Shown one piece after another: positions 49,473 through 59,916 of a stretch of 64,000 bases of DNA (the stretch's first letter is position 1; every line of letters starts with the position of its first letter). The stretch spans positions 2,240,001-2,304,000 of the forward strand of contig OZ240219.1 of NCBI GenBank assembly GCA_965197645.1, given 5' to 3'. The position numbers and the translations under genes were made by a program. Source of the DNA: Dehalococcoidia bacterium (GTDB lineage Bacteria; Chloroflexota; Dehalococcoidia; Plut-88900). The notes below the pieces were generated by a model, which saw nothing but the letters and a program-made list of their open reading frames with translations, made no database searches and was not told the origin of the DNA.

Positions 49473-50531
49473 CTAGTCTGAGAAAGCCGGCAGCACTTCC
49501 CGGGTCAGCAGCTCCGCAGCGCGTGCAGACTCGCCTTCCAGGTCTCCAATCGTGGGGCCTACGACAATCACCTTCTCTATCCCGAGGCCGGCCAGCTCTT
49601 CTATCCGCTTGATGCAGACATCAGGAGGGCCGACGACGGCGAACCGGTCCACGAAATCGGAGGGAGGGGCCACGTTGGAGGCGTGTTCACGCACGCTGAA
49701 TGACCGATTAAGCTCTTTAAACACGTCTCCATCTCCCTGGGATGCGGGACCCGAGAGGGAGCCGTGCATCGCCGAGAAACGGATGAACGTCGATAGTAGG
49801 CTCAAGAGCTCACGCGCAACGTCCACCTGCGGGTGGCACACGATGTTGAGGTACACTCCGTACTTGATCCCGTCGGGAGGGAGGCCTGCCTTCTCCCGTG
49901 CACGTCGGGCTTGATCCAGGCCCCACTGTATGCGGTTAGGGTCCGAGCCGAGGGCAAATATGACATTGTCGGCATGACGAGCCGCCGCAGATATCACCTT
50001 GGGTCCAGAGGCGGCGACCTCGACGGGCACCTTCTCATCCTCCGGTGAAAGCCACTCCAGCCGGCTGTCCTCCACTATATCCGACGAACCTAGCGTTTCG
50101 ACGGGAGGCGCCATCTGCTTGCTGAACGTAAGATCATCGAACGCTACTGCTTCGCCGCTCAAATAGGTCTGGAGGGCCTCTAGGTACCGTTCAAACTCCT
50201 GGGGATACACCGGTGCGTGACCCAGGTGGGCGAGGGCTGAGTCGCCCCGACCGATGCCTAGCACTGCACGCCCGTCCGATATCTCTTGGATACTCGCCAT
50301 GGCGCCGGCGGCCACCACCGGATGGCGGGTGAACGGGTTGGTCACGCCGGTGCCGAGGCCGAGGGTTTGAGTAGCGGCCGCGGCCTGGGTCAGCGACACG
50401 TAGCAATCGCCGTCCAGGTTCTGGGAATCGTAGACGGCGACCCCATCCCATCCTTCTTGCTCTGCCTGCTCTGCGAGCGCCGTCGCACGCCGGGGGGAGG
50501 AGTCCATTAGAGTCCAGAATTCGGGCTTCAT
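49473..50531 (-). CDS. LLM-class oxidoreductase (Mer-like, possibly F420-dependent)
   Basis: DSQN, GTGVTNPFTRHP, LGIGRGDS, VAASGP. Confidence 0.88.
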   Translation of the reverse strand: MKPEFWTLMDSSPRRATALAEQAEQEGWDGVAVYDSQNLDGDCYVSLTQAAAATQTLGLGTGVTNPFTRHPVVAAGAMASIQEISDGRAVLGIGRGDSALAHLGHAPVYPQEFERYLEALQTYLSGEAVAFDDLTFSKQMAPPVETLGSSDIVEDSRLEWLSPEDEKVPVEVAASGPKVISAAARHADNVIFALGSDPNRIQWGLDQARRAREKAGLPPDGIKYGVYLNIVCHPQVDVARELLSLLSTFIRFSAMHGSLSGPASQGDGDVFKELNRSFSVREHASNVAPPSDFVDRFAVVGPPDVCIKRIEELAGLGIEKVIVVGPTIGDLEGESARAAELLTREVLPAFSD

Positions 50532-50791
50532 CGATACCTCGATTCTAATTTCATTCCAGATATGTCCAGGCTAGAGGGATCCGGCTTGACGTAAAGGCCT
50601 GGACGACGGCTCAGAAAACCGTACAGAATGGGCTTAATCGATACGGCGCGGTCCATCCCTTTGCGTCCGTAGTCCAAGCGTCCCGATTAAAGCGTATATC
50701 GTGGAAACGTGCAAGGTTCAACTGGTACAATACGACAGATCGTTGTGCTATAACGCCCGATAGCTGAACCAAGCATCATCAGGAGGACAAT

Positions 50792-52450
50792 ATGGTCAAC
50801 TCGGAGAAATCCCCGGACTTCGACGTCGTAGTAATCGGAGCCGGCTTTGCGGGGCTGGGCATGTTGCGGAGACTGCGGGATGACATGGGGCTGTCCGTCC
50901 AGGTATACGAAGCCGGAGACGGCGTCGGTGGAACCTGGTATTGGAACAGGTACCCGGGCGCCCGTTGCGACTCTGCAAGCTACATATATTGCCTCACTTT
51001 CTCCGAAGAGCTGCTCCAGGACTGGACCTGGAGCAGCAGGTATCCGGACCAGCCGGAGATCCTGTCCTATCTCAATCATGTAGCGACCCGGTTCGATCTT
51101 CGGCGCAATATCAAGTTCAACAACCGGGTGACGTCCGCCAGGTTCCTGGAGGAGAGCAACCAGTGGGAGGTCGAAACGGACCAGGGCGAGCGAGTTACGG
51201 CCAGGTTCCTGGTCACCGGCATAGGTTGCCTATCCTCGGGCAACATACCAAAGATTCCCGGGCGGGACTCTTTCAAGGGAGACTGGTACCACACCGGCGG
51301 CTGGCCTCACGAAGGCGTGGACTTCACAGGAAAGCGCGTGGCCGTCATCGGGACCGGCTCCAGCGGTGTGCAGGCTATCCCGGTGATCGCCAAGCAAGCC
51401 GAGCACCTTACCGTGTTCCAGCGGACTCCCCAGTTCACCGTCCCCGCCCGTAACGCACCCGCAGATAAGAGGTTCATACAAGAAGAAGTGAAGGCCAACT
51501 ACGAAGAGCTGTTGGAAAAGGCCCGATGGTCGGAAGACGGCACCCCGGAAGACCCACCTGAGGGGTCGGCCCTGGAGGTCTCCGATGAGGAACGTATTAA
51601 AGAATACTCTGCCCGATGGGAAGAGGGCGGCCCCAGCTTCGCTCAGCACTTCTATGGGGCTTACAGCGACATCACTACCGACGTGAGGGCCAACACCACC
51701 GCCTCCGAGTTCATCCGGGCCAAGATCCGCGAGATAGTGAAGGATCCCGAGACTGCCGAGAAGCTTCAACCCATCGACCATCCCTACGGAGGAAAACGGG
51801 CCCTCATAGACACCGATTACTACGTGACCTACAACCGGGAAAACGTCGATCTAGTGGATATACGCCATACCCCAATCCAGGAGATAACGCCCGATGGGAT
51901 ACGGACGGAGGACCAAGAGTACGGGTTCGACATCATCGTTTTCGCCACCGGGTTCGATGCGATGACGGGCCCCTACCTGAACATGGATATCCGAGGCAAA
52001 AACGGAGTGTCGCTCAGGGACAGGTGGGCCGAGGGGCCTAAGACCTATCTTGGCCTGAACGTTGCCGGATTCCCCAACATGTTCATGATTACGGGACCGC
52101 AAAGTCCATCTGTGCTCAGCAACATGCCGGTATCCATCGAGCAACACATCGAGTGGGTCGGCGACTTTATCGGGTACATGCGAGAGAGAGGCATCGAGAC
52201 GGTCGATACGCACACCGACGCAGAGGCCGAGTGGGAGGTCCACCTGAACGAGGTTGCGGAGCCGACGATGTTCGTGCTGTCCAACTCGTGGTACCTGGGA
52301 GACAACATCCCGGGCAAGCCTCGTGTGTTCACGCCGTATGCCGGCGGCGTAGGCGTCTATCGCAAGAGGTGCAATGAGATAGCTTCCAACGGCTATGAGG
52401 GCTTCATCCTCGGCCCTGAGAGCCGAGAGACGGCCCCGTCCGTGGGTTAG
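50792..52450 (+). CDS. Type I Baeyer-Villiger monooxygenase
   Basis: GAGFAG, GGTWYWNRYPG, FKGDWYHTGGWP fingerprint, GTGSSG, ATGFD. Confidence 0.95.
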   Translation: MVNSEKSPDFDVVVIGAGFAGLGMLRRLRDDMGLSVQVYEAGDGVGGTWYWNRYPGARCDSASYIYCLTFSEELLQDWTWSSRYPDQPEILSYLNHVATRFDLRRNIKFNNRVTSARFLEESNQWEVETDQGERVTARFLVTGIGCLSSGNIPKIPGRDSFKGDWYHTGGWPHEGVDFTGKRVAVIGTGSSGVQAIPVIAKQAEHLTVFQRTPQFTVPARNAPADKRFIQEEVKANYEELLEKARWSEDGTPEDPPEGSALEVSDEERIKEYSARWEEGGPSFAQHFYGAYSDITTDVRANTTASEFIRAKIREIVKDPETAEKLQPIDHPYGGKRALIDTDYYVTYNRENVDLVDIRHTPIQEITPDGIRTEDQEYGFDIIVFATGFDAMTGPYLNMDIRGKNGVSLRDRWAEGPKTYLGLNVAGFPNMFMITGPQSPSVLSNMPVSIEQHIEWVGDFIGYMRERGIETVDTHTDAEAEWEVHLNEVAEPTMFVLSNSWYLGDNIPGKPRVFTPYAGGVGVYRKRCNEIASNGYEGFILGPESRETAPSVG

Positions 52451-52540
52451 TCTGCACCGCTGCGAGGAACCCGACAGGGGAAGGGCGCCCCCGTGGACAC
52501 GCCCTCTGGCTTGTCCCCTGAAATAAGTTGCAGCCCTTCC

Positions 52541-52719
52541 ATGCCATTCCGAAACAGAGCGTAGCGGAGTGAGGAATCTATAGCCGATGTCCCCATCCTA
52601 CCGTGGGCAGGAGAACCTATCGGCTCGTATGGGCCATCCGGCCATTATGGGCCACCGACGGAATCGGGCCGCGACTCCTGACAACCGCCTTAGATTCCTC
52701 ACTGCGTTGGGAATGACAT
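52541..52719. repeat. REP-like doublet / miniature inverted-repeat element
   Basis: Left arm ATGCCATTCCGAA...AGTGAGGAATCTA and right arm TAGATTCCTCACTGCGTTGGGAATGACAT are inverted repeats around a ~110-nt spacer. Confidence 0.75.
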
Positions 52720-52782
52720 CCAAGCAGCATAGGCGGCATGGCCTTAATGGGAACAGGCCTCAAGTTGCCGGGTCGAGTCTCG

Positions 52783-53109
52783 TTACTGAAGCGGCGAGTA
52801 AGAGGTGGGCTTCAGAAAGTAGTGGAACTCTCTGGATACCAGTGGGCCGCCCGCGGCGAGCTTGGACGTGCCCTCCTGCCACTCGGGGTCTATGAAGAAT
52901 GCCGCCCACTTCTCCTCCCGCTCGTTCATATCCTCCCAGGCGAGCATGTAGGTAAATTCGTTGGTATAGGCGCCCACCAGCGGCTCCCATGCCCCTATTA
53001 CTCGCATGCCCGCCCTTTCGAATGCCGGCATAGCCAGGTCCTCCATCACTTCTTGAAGGGCCGGCATCTGGCCGGGCATTGCATCGTAGCGGCGTACTTC
53101 GTAGATCAT
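52783..53109 (-). CDS. NIPSNAP family protein
   Basis: MIYEVRRY...PG, IGAW, YML.W.D...RE..W..F..DPEW, LKPTSYSP. Confidence 0.88.
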   Translation of the reverse strand: MIYEVRRYDAMPGQMPALQEVMEDLAMPAFERAGMRVIGAWEPLVGAYTNEFTYMLAWEDMNEREEKWAAFFIDPEWQEGTSKLAAGGPLVSREFHYFLKPTSYSPLQ

Positions 53110-53122
53110 CCGATTCCTCCTG

Positions 53123-54109
53123 CTATTGAAGCTTGGCTATGACGCCCTCGGAAAACATCTGCATCTGCTCTTGCATCTCTTCGATGGTGTCTCCGGCAAT
53201 GTGCAACGCGTTGAAGTGGGTGATTCCTTCATCTTTGACCTTGCTGATCATTTCCACGACTTCATCCACCGTGCCGACCCAGCTGCCGGCCACGAGATCC
53301 TCCAGTTTGGCCCCTCGAAAGACGGAGAACTGGGCCTGCCGACTCTCGGAGAATTGCTTCACGGCCGCCTCGTGGGTTGACGCCAGTCTCAGCGTAGACT
53401 CGGCGATGACGTCGATCTGCGAAAGGTCTCGGTTGTGCTCCTCCAGAACCGGCTTCAGCGCCTCGACACGCTCGCCGGCTTTCGGAGCGGGCACCATGAA
53501 TCCCAGGCCCCAGCGGGCTACCCTCTGCAGCGATTCCGGGCTTTGCCCTGGCACGTACATCGGGAAGGGGTCTTGCACCGGCCTTGGGTGCATGTTGACA
53601 TCGTGGAACTCGGCGTGTTCCCCCTGGAAGCTGGCCGGCTGATCGTCGTGGCTGAGGAGCATGTGAAGGGACTCGATGTACTCATCCATGATGTCGCCCC
53701 GGCGGGCCCGGCGCATCCGGGGCTGAATCGCCGTGAACTCATCCCGGAATCCCCCTATGCCAAGACCCAGCCACAAACGGCCGTTGCTGAACTGGTCCAG
53801 CGTTGCCGCCTGCTTGGCCAGGATAACGGGGTCCCGATAGGGCAACAGGACGACACCGGTGCCCAGCTTGATCCTGCTGGTGAGAGCGGCCACGTAGGCC
53901 AGGGTGATCAAGGGCTCGTACCAGTTGGGAGGGTCGGCATCCGGGACGCCGAAGCTCTCTGTTGGGGTTATGAAGTCGGTCCCCCAGACGGCATTGAAAC
54001 CCAGCTCTTCCGCCCTCTGTATTACCGCCGCTATCTCCTTGGGCCCTGCGAACGACGTGGGTACGAACACCCCTTCTCGGCAGGTGGGTACCTCCATATC
54101 AAAAATCAT
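53123..54109 (-). CDS. LLM-class (probably F420-dependent) oxidoreductase
   Basis: EPLITLAY, LGTGV...PYRDPV.LAKQ.ATLD, PRPVQ.P, VGTVDEV. Confidence 0.88.
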   Translation of the reverse strand: MIFDMEVPTCREGVFVPTSFAGPKEIAAVIQRAEELGFNAVWGTDFITPTESFGVPDADPPNWYEPLITLAYVAALTSRIKLGTGVVLLPYRDPVILAKQAATLDQFSNGRLWLGLGIGGFRDEFTAIQPRMRRARRGDIMDEYIESLHMLLSHDDQPASFQGEHAEFHDVNMHPRPVQDPFPMYVPGQSPESLQRVARWGLGFMVPAPKAGERVEALKPVLEEHNRDLSQIDVIAESTLRLASTHEAAVKQFSESRQAQFSVFRGAKLEDLVAGSWVGTVDEVVEMISKVKDEGITHFNALHIAGDTIEEMQEQMQMFSEGVIAKLQ

Positions 54110-54375
54110 GAGACACCTCCTAACGCCTAGCTGCCAATACCTACGTTCCCAGACACTACGAAACGGGTTACTGCACCTCAGTGGAACTATACTACATAAC
54201 TCAAGATCTGCGTCAATTGACAGGCTGGGCCCACTGTTTGACTACTTCCATACGTGGCCCTAAACTCTAGCCAATAGAGAAGCGACTTCACCCTGGACCA
54301 CCGAAGCGGCACCTCGAGGTGCACAGATTTCGCCAGTTCAAAGCAACCGACTACCTCGGTTGAAGGAGGAGAGCC

Positions 54376-55521
54376 GTGGCCCAACCGATAGTGGTGGACG
54401 CTGACGCCCACGTCGCCGAACCCGCAGACCTGTGGGAAAAGAACCTGCCCGCCAAGTACCGGGACCGGGCCTTGAGAATCGGCACCGATGCTCAGGGTTT
54501 CGAGGCCTGGGTGTGTGACGGGAAACCCATCAAGTGGGCTTCGGGAGGGATACTGGGAAACCAGGTTGCCGCCGGGCTGGAAAGCAATGACGTCTTGATT
54601 CCGGGCAAGGTCACCTACGCTGAAGCAAGGGAGATGGTCCCAGGCTCTCGCGATCCTCACGAGAGAATAAAGCTGATGGACACGGAGGGATTCGATGTCT
54701 CGGTCCTGTACCCTTCCGTGAGCCTGCTGTGGGAACGCGACACCGACGATCCCCAGCTATCCGCGGCATACGCCAGCGTCTACAACGACTGGGTGGCCGA
54801 CTTCTGCAGCCCCTATCCAGAACGGTTGATACCCGTAGCCCAGATCTCCTTGCAAGACGTGCAGGAGGGCGTAACGGAGCTTAGCAGAGCAACTGAGCGA
54901 GGGCATAAAGGGATATTCATCACTAATGCCCCCGCTAGCGGCATACCCTACAGCGAGCCGGAATATCATCCCTTCTGGGCGGCTGCGCAGGACATGGATA
55001 TGCCCGTGGGCCTTCACGTCACCACACGCCCGGATTGGATTGGCAGCGACTACGCCGACCGGATGCAATCTCCTGCCATGGACTTCTATTTCACCCTGTG
55101 GTTCATCGGAGATACCTTTCTCTCCTTCACCAGCTTCTTCGCCGGCGGAGTGTTCGATCACTTTCCCCGGCTCAAGCTGAACGTCCTGGAAACGGGCAGC
55201 GGTTGGCTCCCTTACATGCTGGACATCATGGACGAGAAGTACGAGGTGAGTGAAAGAGGAGCGGGGCCTGTGTCCAAGCTTCGCCCCAGCGAGTACTTCG
55301 ATAGCAACATATGGGTCGCCATGGAGCCGGAGGAAAAGACGGTGCCCTCCACGGTACAGATGCTTGGCGCTCACAAGCTAATGTGGGCCTCAGATTGGCC
55401 CCACACCGAGGGCTTTTCCGGCGTCCTGAAGGAGGTCAAACGGTCTGTCTCGGCCCTTTCGGAATCGGACCAGAGGAAGATACTGGGGGAGACTGCCGTA
55501 GATCTCTACAAGCTGGACTAG
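54376..55521 (+). CDS. Amidohydrolase_2 family protein
   Basis: DADAHVAEP, LYPS, YNDW, LETGSGW, WASDWPH. Confidence 0.92.
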   Translation: MAQPIVVDADAHVAEPADLWEKNLPAKYRDRALRIGTDAQGFEAWVCDGKPIKWASGGILGNQVAAGLESNDVLIPGKVTYAEAREMVPGSRDPHERIKLMDTEGFDVSVLYPSVSLLWERDTDDPQLSAAYASVYNDWVADFCSPYPERLIPVAQISLQDVQEGVTELSRATERGHKGIFITNAPASGIPYSEPEYHPFWAAAQDMDMPVGLHVTTRPDWIGSDYADRMQSPAMDFYFTLWFIGDTFLSFTSFFAGGVFDHFPRLKLNVLETGSGWLPYMLDIMDEKYEVSERGAGPVSKLRPSEYFDSNIWVAMEPEEKTVPSTVQMLGAHKLMWASDWPHTEGFSGVLKEVKRSVSALSESDQRKILGETAVDLYKLD

Positions 55522-55538
55522 GCGATGTACTCCCTTTG

Positions 55539-55710
55539 TAGCAGGTTGATGAAAAACGGGGTGTGCAGAGGGGCGAAGCTCATTTTCTGGAATTCCTACG
55601 GGGGGCCGGGAGTCTGAGGGTGTTCCTCAGAAACTATTTCTTTTTCTGCCCCCTTCCTGGCCAGGAAGGGGGCTAGGGGGATGGTCGAAAGGGTTTTTGA
55701 CACCCTCCTA
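55539..55710. mobile_element. MITE-like composite repeat, copy 2
   Basis: Termini TAGCAGGTTGATGAAAAA ... TTTTTGACACCCTCCTA; the interior matches 17052-17245 in reverse orientation. Confidence 0.75.
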
Positions 55711-55746
55711 GACCGGGTTGGCAACGCTTAGCGAGGAGGAATCACA

Positions 55747-56880
55747 ATGGCGCCCAGAATTATCGATGCTGATAGCCATATAGTTGAACCGTCCGACCTG
55801 TGGGAGACCTATCTCGAGCCCGAGTATCGAGACCGGGCAATGAGGCTCAAGTTGGACGACCAGGGATTGGAGTATATGGAGATCGATAGGAAACCTTCCT
55901 CTCGGATGAGTGGCGGTGGATTGTCCGGCATAATGGCGGCGGGACAGGATGACATAGGGGAGTTCAGCGCTCTTCCCTACGAGGAGGCCAGGGAGCTGGT
56001 CCCACCGGCCAGAGACCCCCGCGCACGGGTCGAATGGCTCGATGAGGAAGGCGTCGATGCTACTTTGCTGTACCCCTCGATAGGACTGGACTGGACCGAG
56101 GACTGTACCGATCCTAAGCTGTCGGCCGCGTACTGCAGAGCATACAACAACTGGTTGGACGAGTTCTGCGCCCACGACCCCGAGCGGCTCCTCGGCATCG
56201 CTCATATCTCCTTGCTGGACGTGGAGGAGGGCGTTGCAGAGATGAAGCGGGCCGGGAAACTGGGGATGAAGGGGATCTATCCTCCCGTAGTTCCCTTTAA
56301 CGGCATCCCCTACGGGGAGGCCCACTACGACCCTTTCTGGGCTGAAGCTCAGTCGATGAACATACCGGTAAGCCTTCACGTAACCGGCCATACCATGGGG
56401 TTCGGTGGACACATCTACCCCAAGGATTCCAGTTCCCCTTCCGATTGGTGGTTTCTGGTCATGGATATGGGAGATGTAATCTCCACGTTCACCAGCCTGT
56501 TCCAGGGCGGCCTGTTCGATAGGTTTCCTACGCTGAAAGTAGTCGTCGTGGAGACCGGCACAGGGTGGCTTCCCTGGTGGCTCGAACGGATGGACCACCT
56601 CTTCGACAAGCTGAGCTTCGGAGTGCCTTTGAAGCTCCGGCCCAGCGAGTATTTCGAGCGTCAGTGCTGGATACTGGTCGACCCCGATGAAAAGACCGTG
56701 GGCGCCACACTGAGCTTCGTTGGACACGACAGATTCATGTGGGGCTCCGATTATCCCCACACCGAAGGGGAAGCGGGCGCACTGGATGAGTTGAAGGAGA
56801 ACATTGCTCCCCTGTCCGGGGAGACCCAGAACAAGATTCTAGGCGAAACTGCCATCGAGCTTTACGGCCTGAGCTCCTGA
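55747..56880 (+). CDS. Amidohydrolase_2 family protein (tandem paralog of 54376..55521)
   Basis: DADSHIVEP, LYPS, YNNW, ETGTGW, WGSDYPH. Confidence 0.92.
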   Translation: MAPRIIDADSHIVEPSDLWETYLEPEYRDRAMRLKLDDQGLEYMEIDRKPSSRMSGGGLSGIMAAGQDDIGEFSALPYEEARELVPPARDPRARVEWLDEEGVDATLLYPSIGLDWTEDCTDPKLSAAYCRAYNNWLDEFCAHDPERLLGIAHISLLDVEEGVAEMKRAGKLGMKGIYPPVVPFNGIPYGEAHYDPFWAEAQSMNIPVSLHVTGHTMGFGGHIYPKDSSSPSDWWFLVMDMGDVISTFTSLFQGGLFDRFPTLKVVVVETGTGWLPWWLERMDHLFDKLSFGVPLKLRPSEYFERQCWILVDPDEKTVGATLSFVGHDRFMWGSDYPHTEGEAGALDELKENIAPLSGETQNKILGETAIELYGLSS

Positions 56881-56935
56881 GGAGCTGACAAGAGCCTTTC
56901 AAGACCGCCATTCGTCCCAGCCGGAGCATCGTCAC

Positions 56936-58702
56936 ATGTTGCCAAGACCCAGCAAAACCGAGCATACCCAAGTCACCTCCTTCACCGGTGAGACCAACGT
57001 CCTCATCCCCATGAGGGACGGCACGGTGCTCCGGGGCGACGTTTACAGACCAAGCGGGCCGGGCCGGTGGCCCGTGATCTTGGGGAGGATCCCCTACGGC
57101 AAGCACAAACCCCGTTACCGGTCCTTACACATGGACTGCGTTCGTGCCGTCTCCAGAGGGTACGCAGTGGTGATCCAGGACGTCAGGGGCCGGCACGCCT
57201 CCGACGGGGAGTTCTATCCCTTCCGCTACGAGGATGAAGACGGGTTCGACACCGTCGAATGGTGCGGCGCTCAGCCCTGGAGCGACGGAAACGTCGGCAT
57301 GTTCGGCATGTCCTACCATGGGACTACCCAGTGGCTCGCTGCCGTGGAGGCGCCCCCTTCCCTGAAGGCCATAGCCCCGGGATTGACTTCCGCGGACTTC
57401 TACGATAGCTGGACCTACCTGGGCGGGGCATTTCACCTCTGGTGGACGGGCCAATGGTCCGCCGGTTTCGCCCTGGACAACCTTCGCGGCACGCAGCCCG
57501 AAAAGGCGGACGCCATCGCCGAGCTCCGGGAGTGGACTCGGGACCCGCTGTCCATTGCCCGGCACCTTCCCGTTCGGGAGATGCCGGCACTGAAGGGAGT
57601 GGCGGACTACTACTACGACTGGTTGGATCATCCCACCTATGACGACTACTGGAAGGCGCTGGGGGCGTGGGAGAGGCTGGCCAATACTCGAGTTCCCGCA
57701 CTGAACATCGGCGGCTACTACGACGGCTTCATTCGAGGGACGTTGCGCTGCTATCAAGGGATGAAGGAGAACGGATCGACGGACCAGTCCAGAGAGCAGC
57801 AGCACCTGGTCCTGGGCCCCTGGATACACAGCCACCTGCTTCCCCCCAGCGCGGGACAGCGACATTTCGGCGGAGCGGCCTCCGGGGATGCCATCGATTA
57901 TCACGGTATGGTGCTGGCCTGGCACGACCACTGGCTCAAGGGTGAGGACAACGGCCTCGAGACCGACCCCCGGGTCTACTACTTCGTGATGGGAGAGAAC
58001 GCCTGGCGGCAGGATGAGAGCTGGCCGCCCGAAGGGGCCTCGGTCAGACCCTACTACCTGGGAAGCGATGGTAAAGCCAACAGCTCCGGCGTAGATGGCG
58101 TCCTTAGCCAGGAGCCGCCGAGGGAGCGGGAAGCCTACGACACCTATCTCTACAATCCCCTGAACCCTGTGCAAACCGTCGGGGGGCCCTATTTGCCGGG
58201 AATACCGGGCATAGTCGAGGCCGGGGCTGCCGAGCAGGGTGCCGTGGAGCGAAGGGAAGACGTCCTGGTCTACACATCTGCACCCATGGAGAGCAACCTG
58301 GAGGTCGTCGGAGAGGTCTCGCTGGTGCTCTGGGCCGTCACGACCGCTCCGGATACCGATTGGACCGCAAAGCTGACCATCGTGGAGCCCGATGGATCCT
58401 CCTACAACCTGTGTGAGGGAATGCTGAGGGCCTCGTGCAGGGAGTCGCTGGAGACCCCTTCGGCCATAGAGCCCGGACGGGCCTACGAGTACCGGATAGA
58501 CCTCGGCCCGACGGGCATCCGCTTCAAATCCGGCCAGCGTTTTCGCCTGCAGATCACATCCAGCAACTTCCCGGTTTTCGCCAGGAACCTTGGTACGGGC
58601 GGCCAGGTCCATCAGGCTGAAGAGGCCGTCACCGCGATCCAGACCATTCTCCATGATGCGGCACATCCCTCCAGGCTGCTCCTGCCCGTGGTGGAATCCT
58701 AG
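56936..58702 (+). CDS. CocE/NonD family serine hydrolase
   Basis: MRDG..L, QDVRGR..SDG, GMSYHG nucleophile motif, GYYD, GPWIH, SSNFP. Confidence 0.92.
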   Translation: MLPRPSKTEHTQVTSFTGETNVLIPMRDGTVLRGDVYRPSGPGRWPVILGRIPYGKHKPRYRSLHMDCVRAVSRGYAVVIQDVRGRHASDGEFYPFRYEDEDGFDTVEWCGAQPWSDGNVGMFGMSYHGTTQWLAAVEAPPSLKAIAPGLTSADFYDSWTYLGGAFHLWWTGQWSAGFALDNLRGTQPEKADAIAELREWTRDPLSIARHLPVREMPALKGVADYYYDWLDHPTYDDYWKALGAWERLANTRVPALNIGGYYDGFIRGTLRCYQGMKENGSTDQSREQQHLVLGPWIHSHLLPPSAGQRHFGGAASGDAIDYHGMVLAWHDHWLKGEDNGLETDPRVYYFVMGENAWRQDESWPPEGASVRPYYLGSDGKANSSGVDGVLSQEPPREREAYDTYLYNPLNPVQTVGGPYLPGIPGIVEAGAAEQGAVERREDVLVYTSAPMESNLEVVGEVSLVLWAVTTAPDTDWTAKLTIVEPDGSSYNLCEGMLRASCRESLETPSAIEPGRAYEYRIDLGPTGIRFKSGQRFRLQITSSNFPVFARNLGTGGQVHQAEEAVTAIQTILHDAAHPSRLLLPVVES

Positions 58703-58777
58703 GCCCCGGCCTCTTCGTGCCTTCTCGTCCAATCCGACACTAACTCCTAAACCAAAGATGAAGTGAAGGGGGCAACC

Positions 58778-59848
58778 ATGGCGAAACAAGATCTGGCGGG
58801 GAAAGCCCAGACCGTACTTGGACTTATCGAGCCGGAGCAACTTGGGGTAACCCATACCCACGAACATCTACTGGTTTCCACCGCCGTTCTCCACAAAGAG
58901 CCGGAAGAGGCGGCCGCCAAGGGCAGATACTACGCTCCCGTCAGCATGGAGATCCTTGGTTGGCTGCGACATGGCCGCGGCAGCAACTGGGACAATGCTC
59001 GTCTCGATGATGTGCAGACCACCATCGATGAAGTCATGCTCTACAAGCAGTTCGGCGGATCGACCCTGGTCGACGCCACCAGCATTGGCATCGGCCGTGA
59101 CCCGATTGGACTGACCCGTATCTCGAGAGAGACGGGTGTCAATATCATCATGGGATCCTCCTACTACGTGGCGGCGGCGCACCCAGAGGGCATGGACGCC
59201 AAAAGCGAGGACGACCTGACCCGCGAGATCGCAAGGGACACCCTCGTCGGGGTGGGCAGCACCGGCATCAAGGCGGGGGTAATGGGAGAGATAGGTTGCT
59301 CGTGGCCGTTGCATCCCAACGAGCGGAAGGTGCTTCGTGCCTCGGCCCGTGCCCAGCGGATCACCGGTGCGCCCATCCTCATCCATCCTGGCCGGGATGA
59401 GAGGGCTCCCATGGAGATCATGCAGGTCCTGCTGGATGCGGGTGCGGAGGCCGAGCACATCATCATCGGCCACCTGGACCGCACTATCTTCGATCTCAAG
59501 CTGCTGAAGGAGCTGGCTGAGACAGGGTGCTTCCTGGAATACGATGTCTTCGGACAGGAGACATCCCTGTATCCCGCAGCGTCCTACATCGATATGCCCA
59601 ACGATGCTCAGCGCCTCAAGATGCTGGCCTACCTCATCAGTGAAGGACACGGGGGACAGATACTGGTATCCCACGATGTCGCCGTAAAGCACCGCCTCGT
59701 CCGTTACGGCGGTCACGGGTACTGTTACTTCCTGGAGTACATGGTGCCGAGAATGCGAGTGAAGGGCTTCGAGGAGGAGGCGATCGAAGCGATGTTGGTT
59801 GATAATCCCAAGCGGGCCCTCACCTTCGCCGAATCTAAAGACGGCTGA
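58778..59848 (+). CDS. Phosphotriesterase-related protein (PHP/PTE family)
   Basis: THEHL, GEIG, IHPG, GHLD, EYD, SHD, NP.R. Confidence 0.9.
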   Translation: MAKQDLAGKAQTVLGLIEPEQLGVTHTHEHLLVSTAVLHKEPEEAAAKGRYYAPVSMEILGWLRHGRGSNWDNARLDDVQTTIDEVMLYKQFGGSTLVDATSIGIGRDPIGLTRISRETGVNIIMGSSYYVAAAHPEGMDAKSEDDLTREIARDTLVGVGSTGIKAGVMGEIGCSWPLHPNERKVLRASARAQRITGAPILIHPGRDERAPMEIMQVLLDAGAEAEHIIIGHLDRTIFDLKLLKELAETGCFLEYDVFGQETSLYPAASYIDMPNDAQRLKMLAYLISEGHGGQILVSHDVAVKHRLVRYGGHGYCYFLEYMVPRMRVKGFEEEAIEAMLVDNPKRALTFAESKDG

Positions 59849-59916
59849 TTTTCCGCATCGGTTGCGGAAAGGTGTAAACTTACGCAACAGGCTAGGGTAA
59901 CAACAGAGGAGACAAT

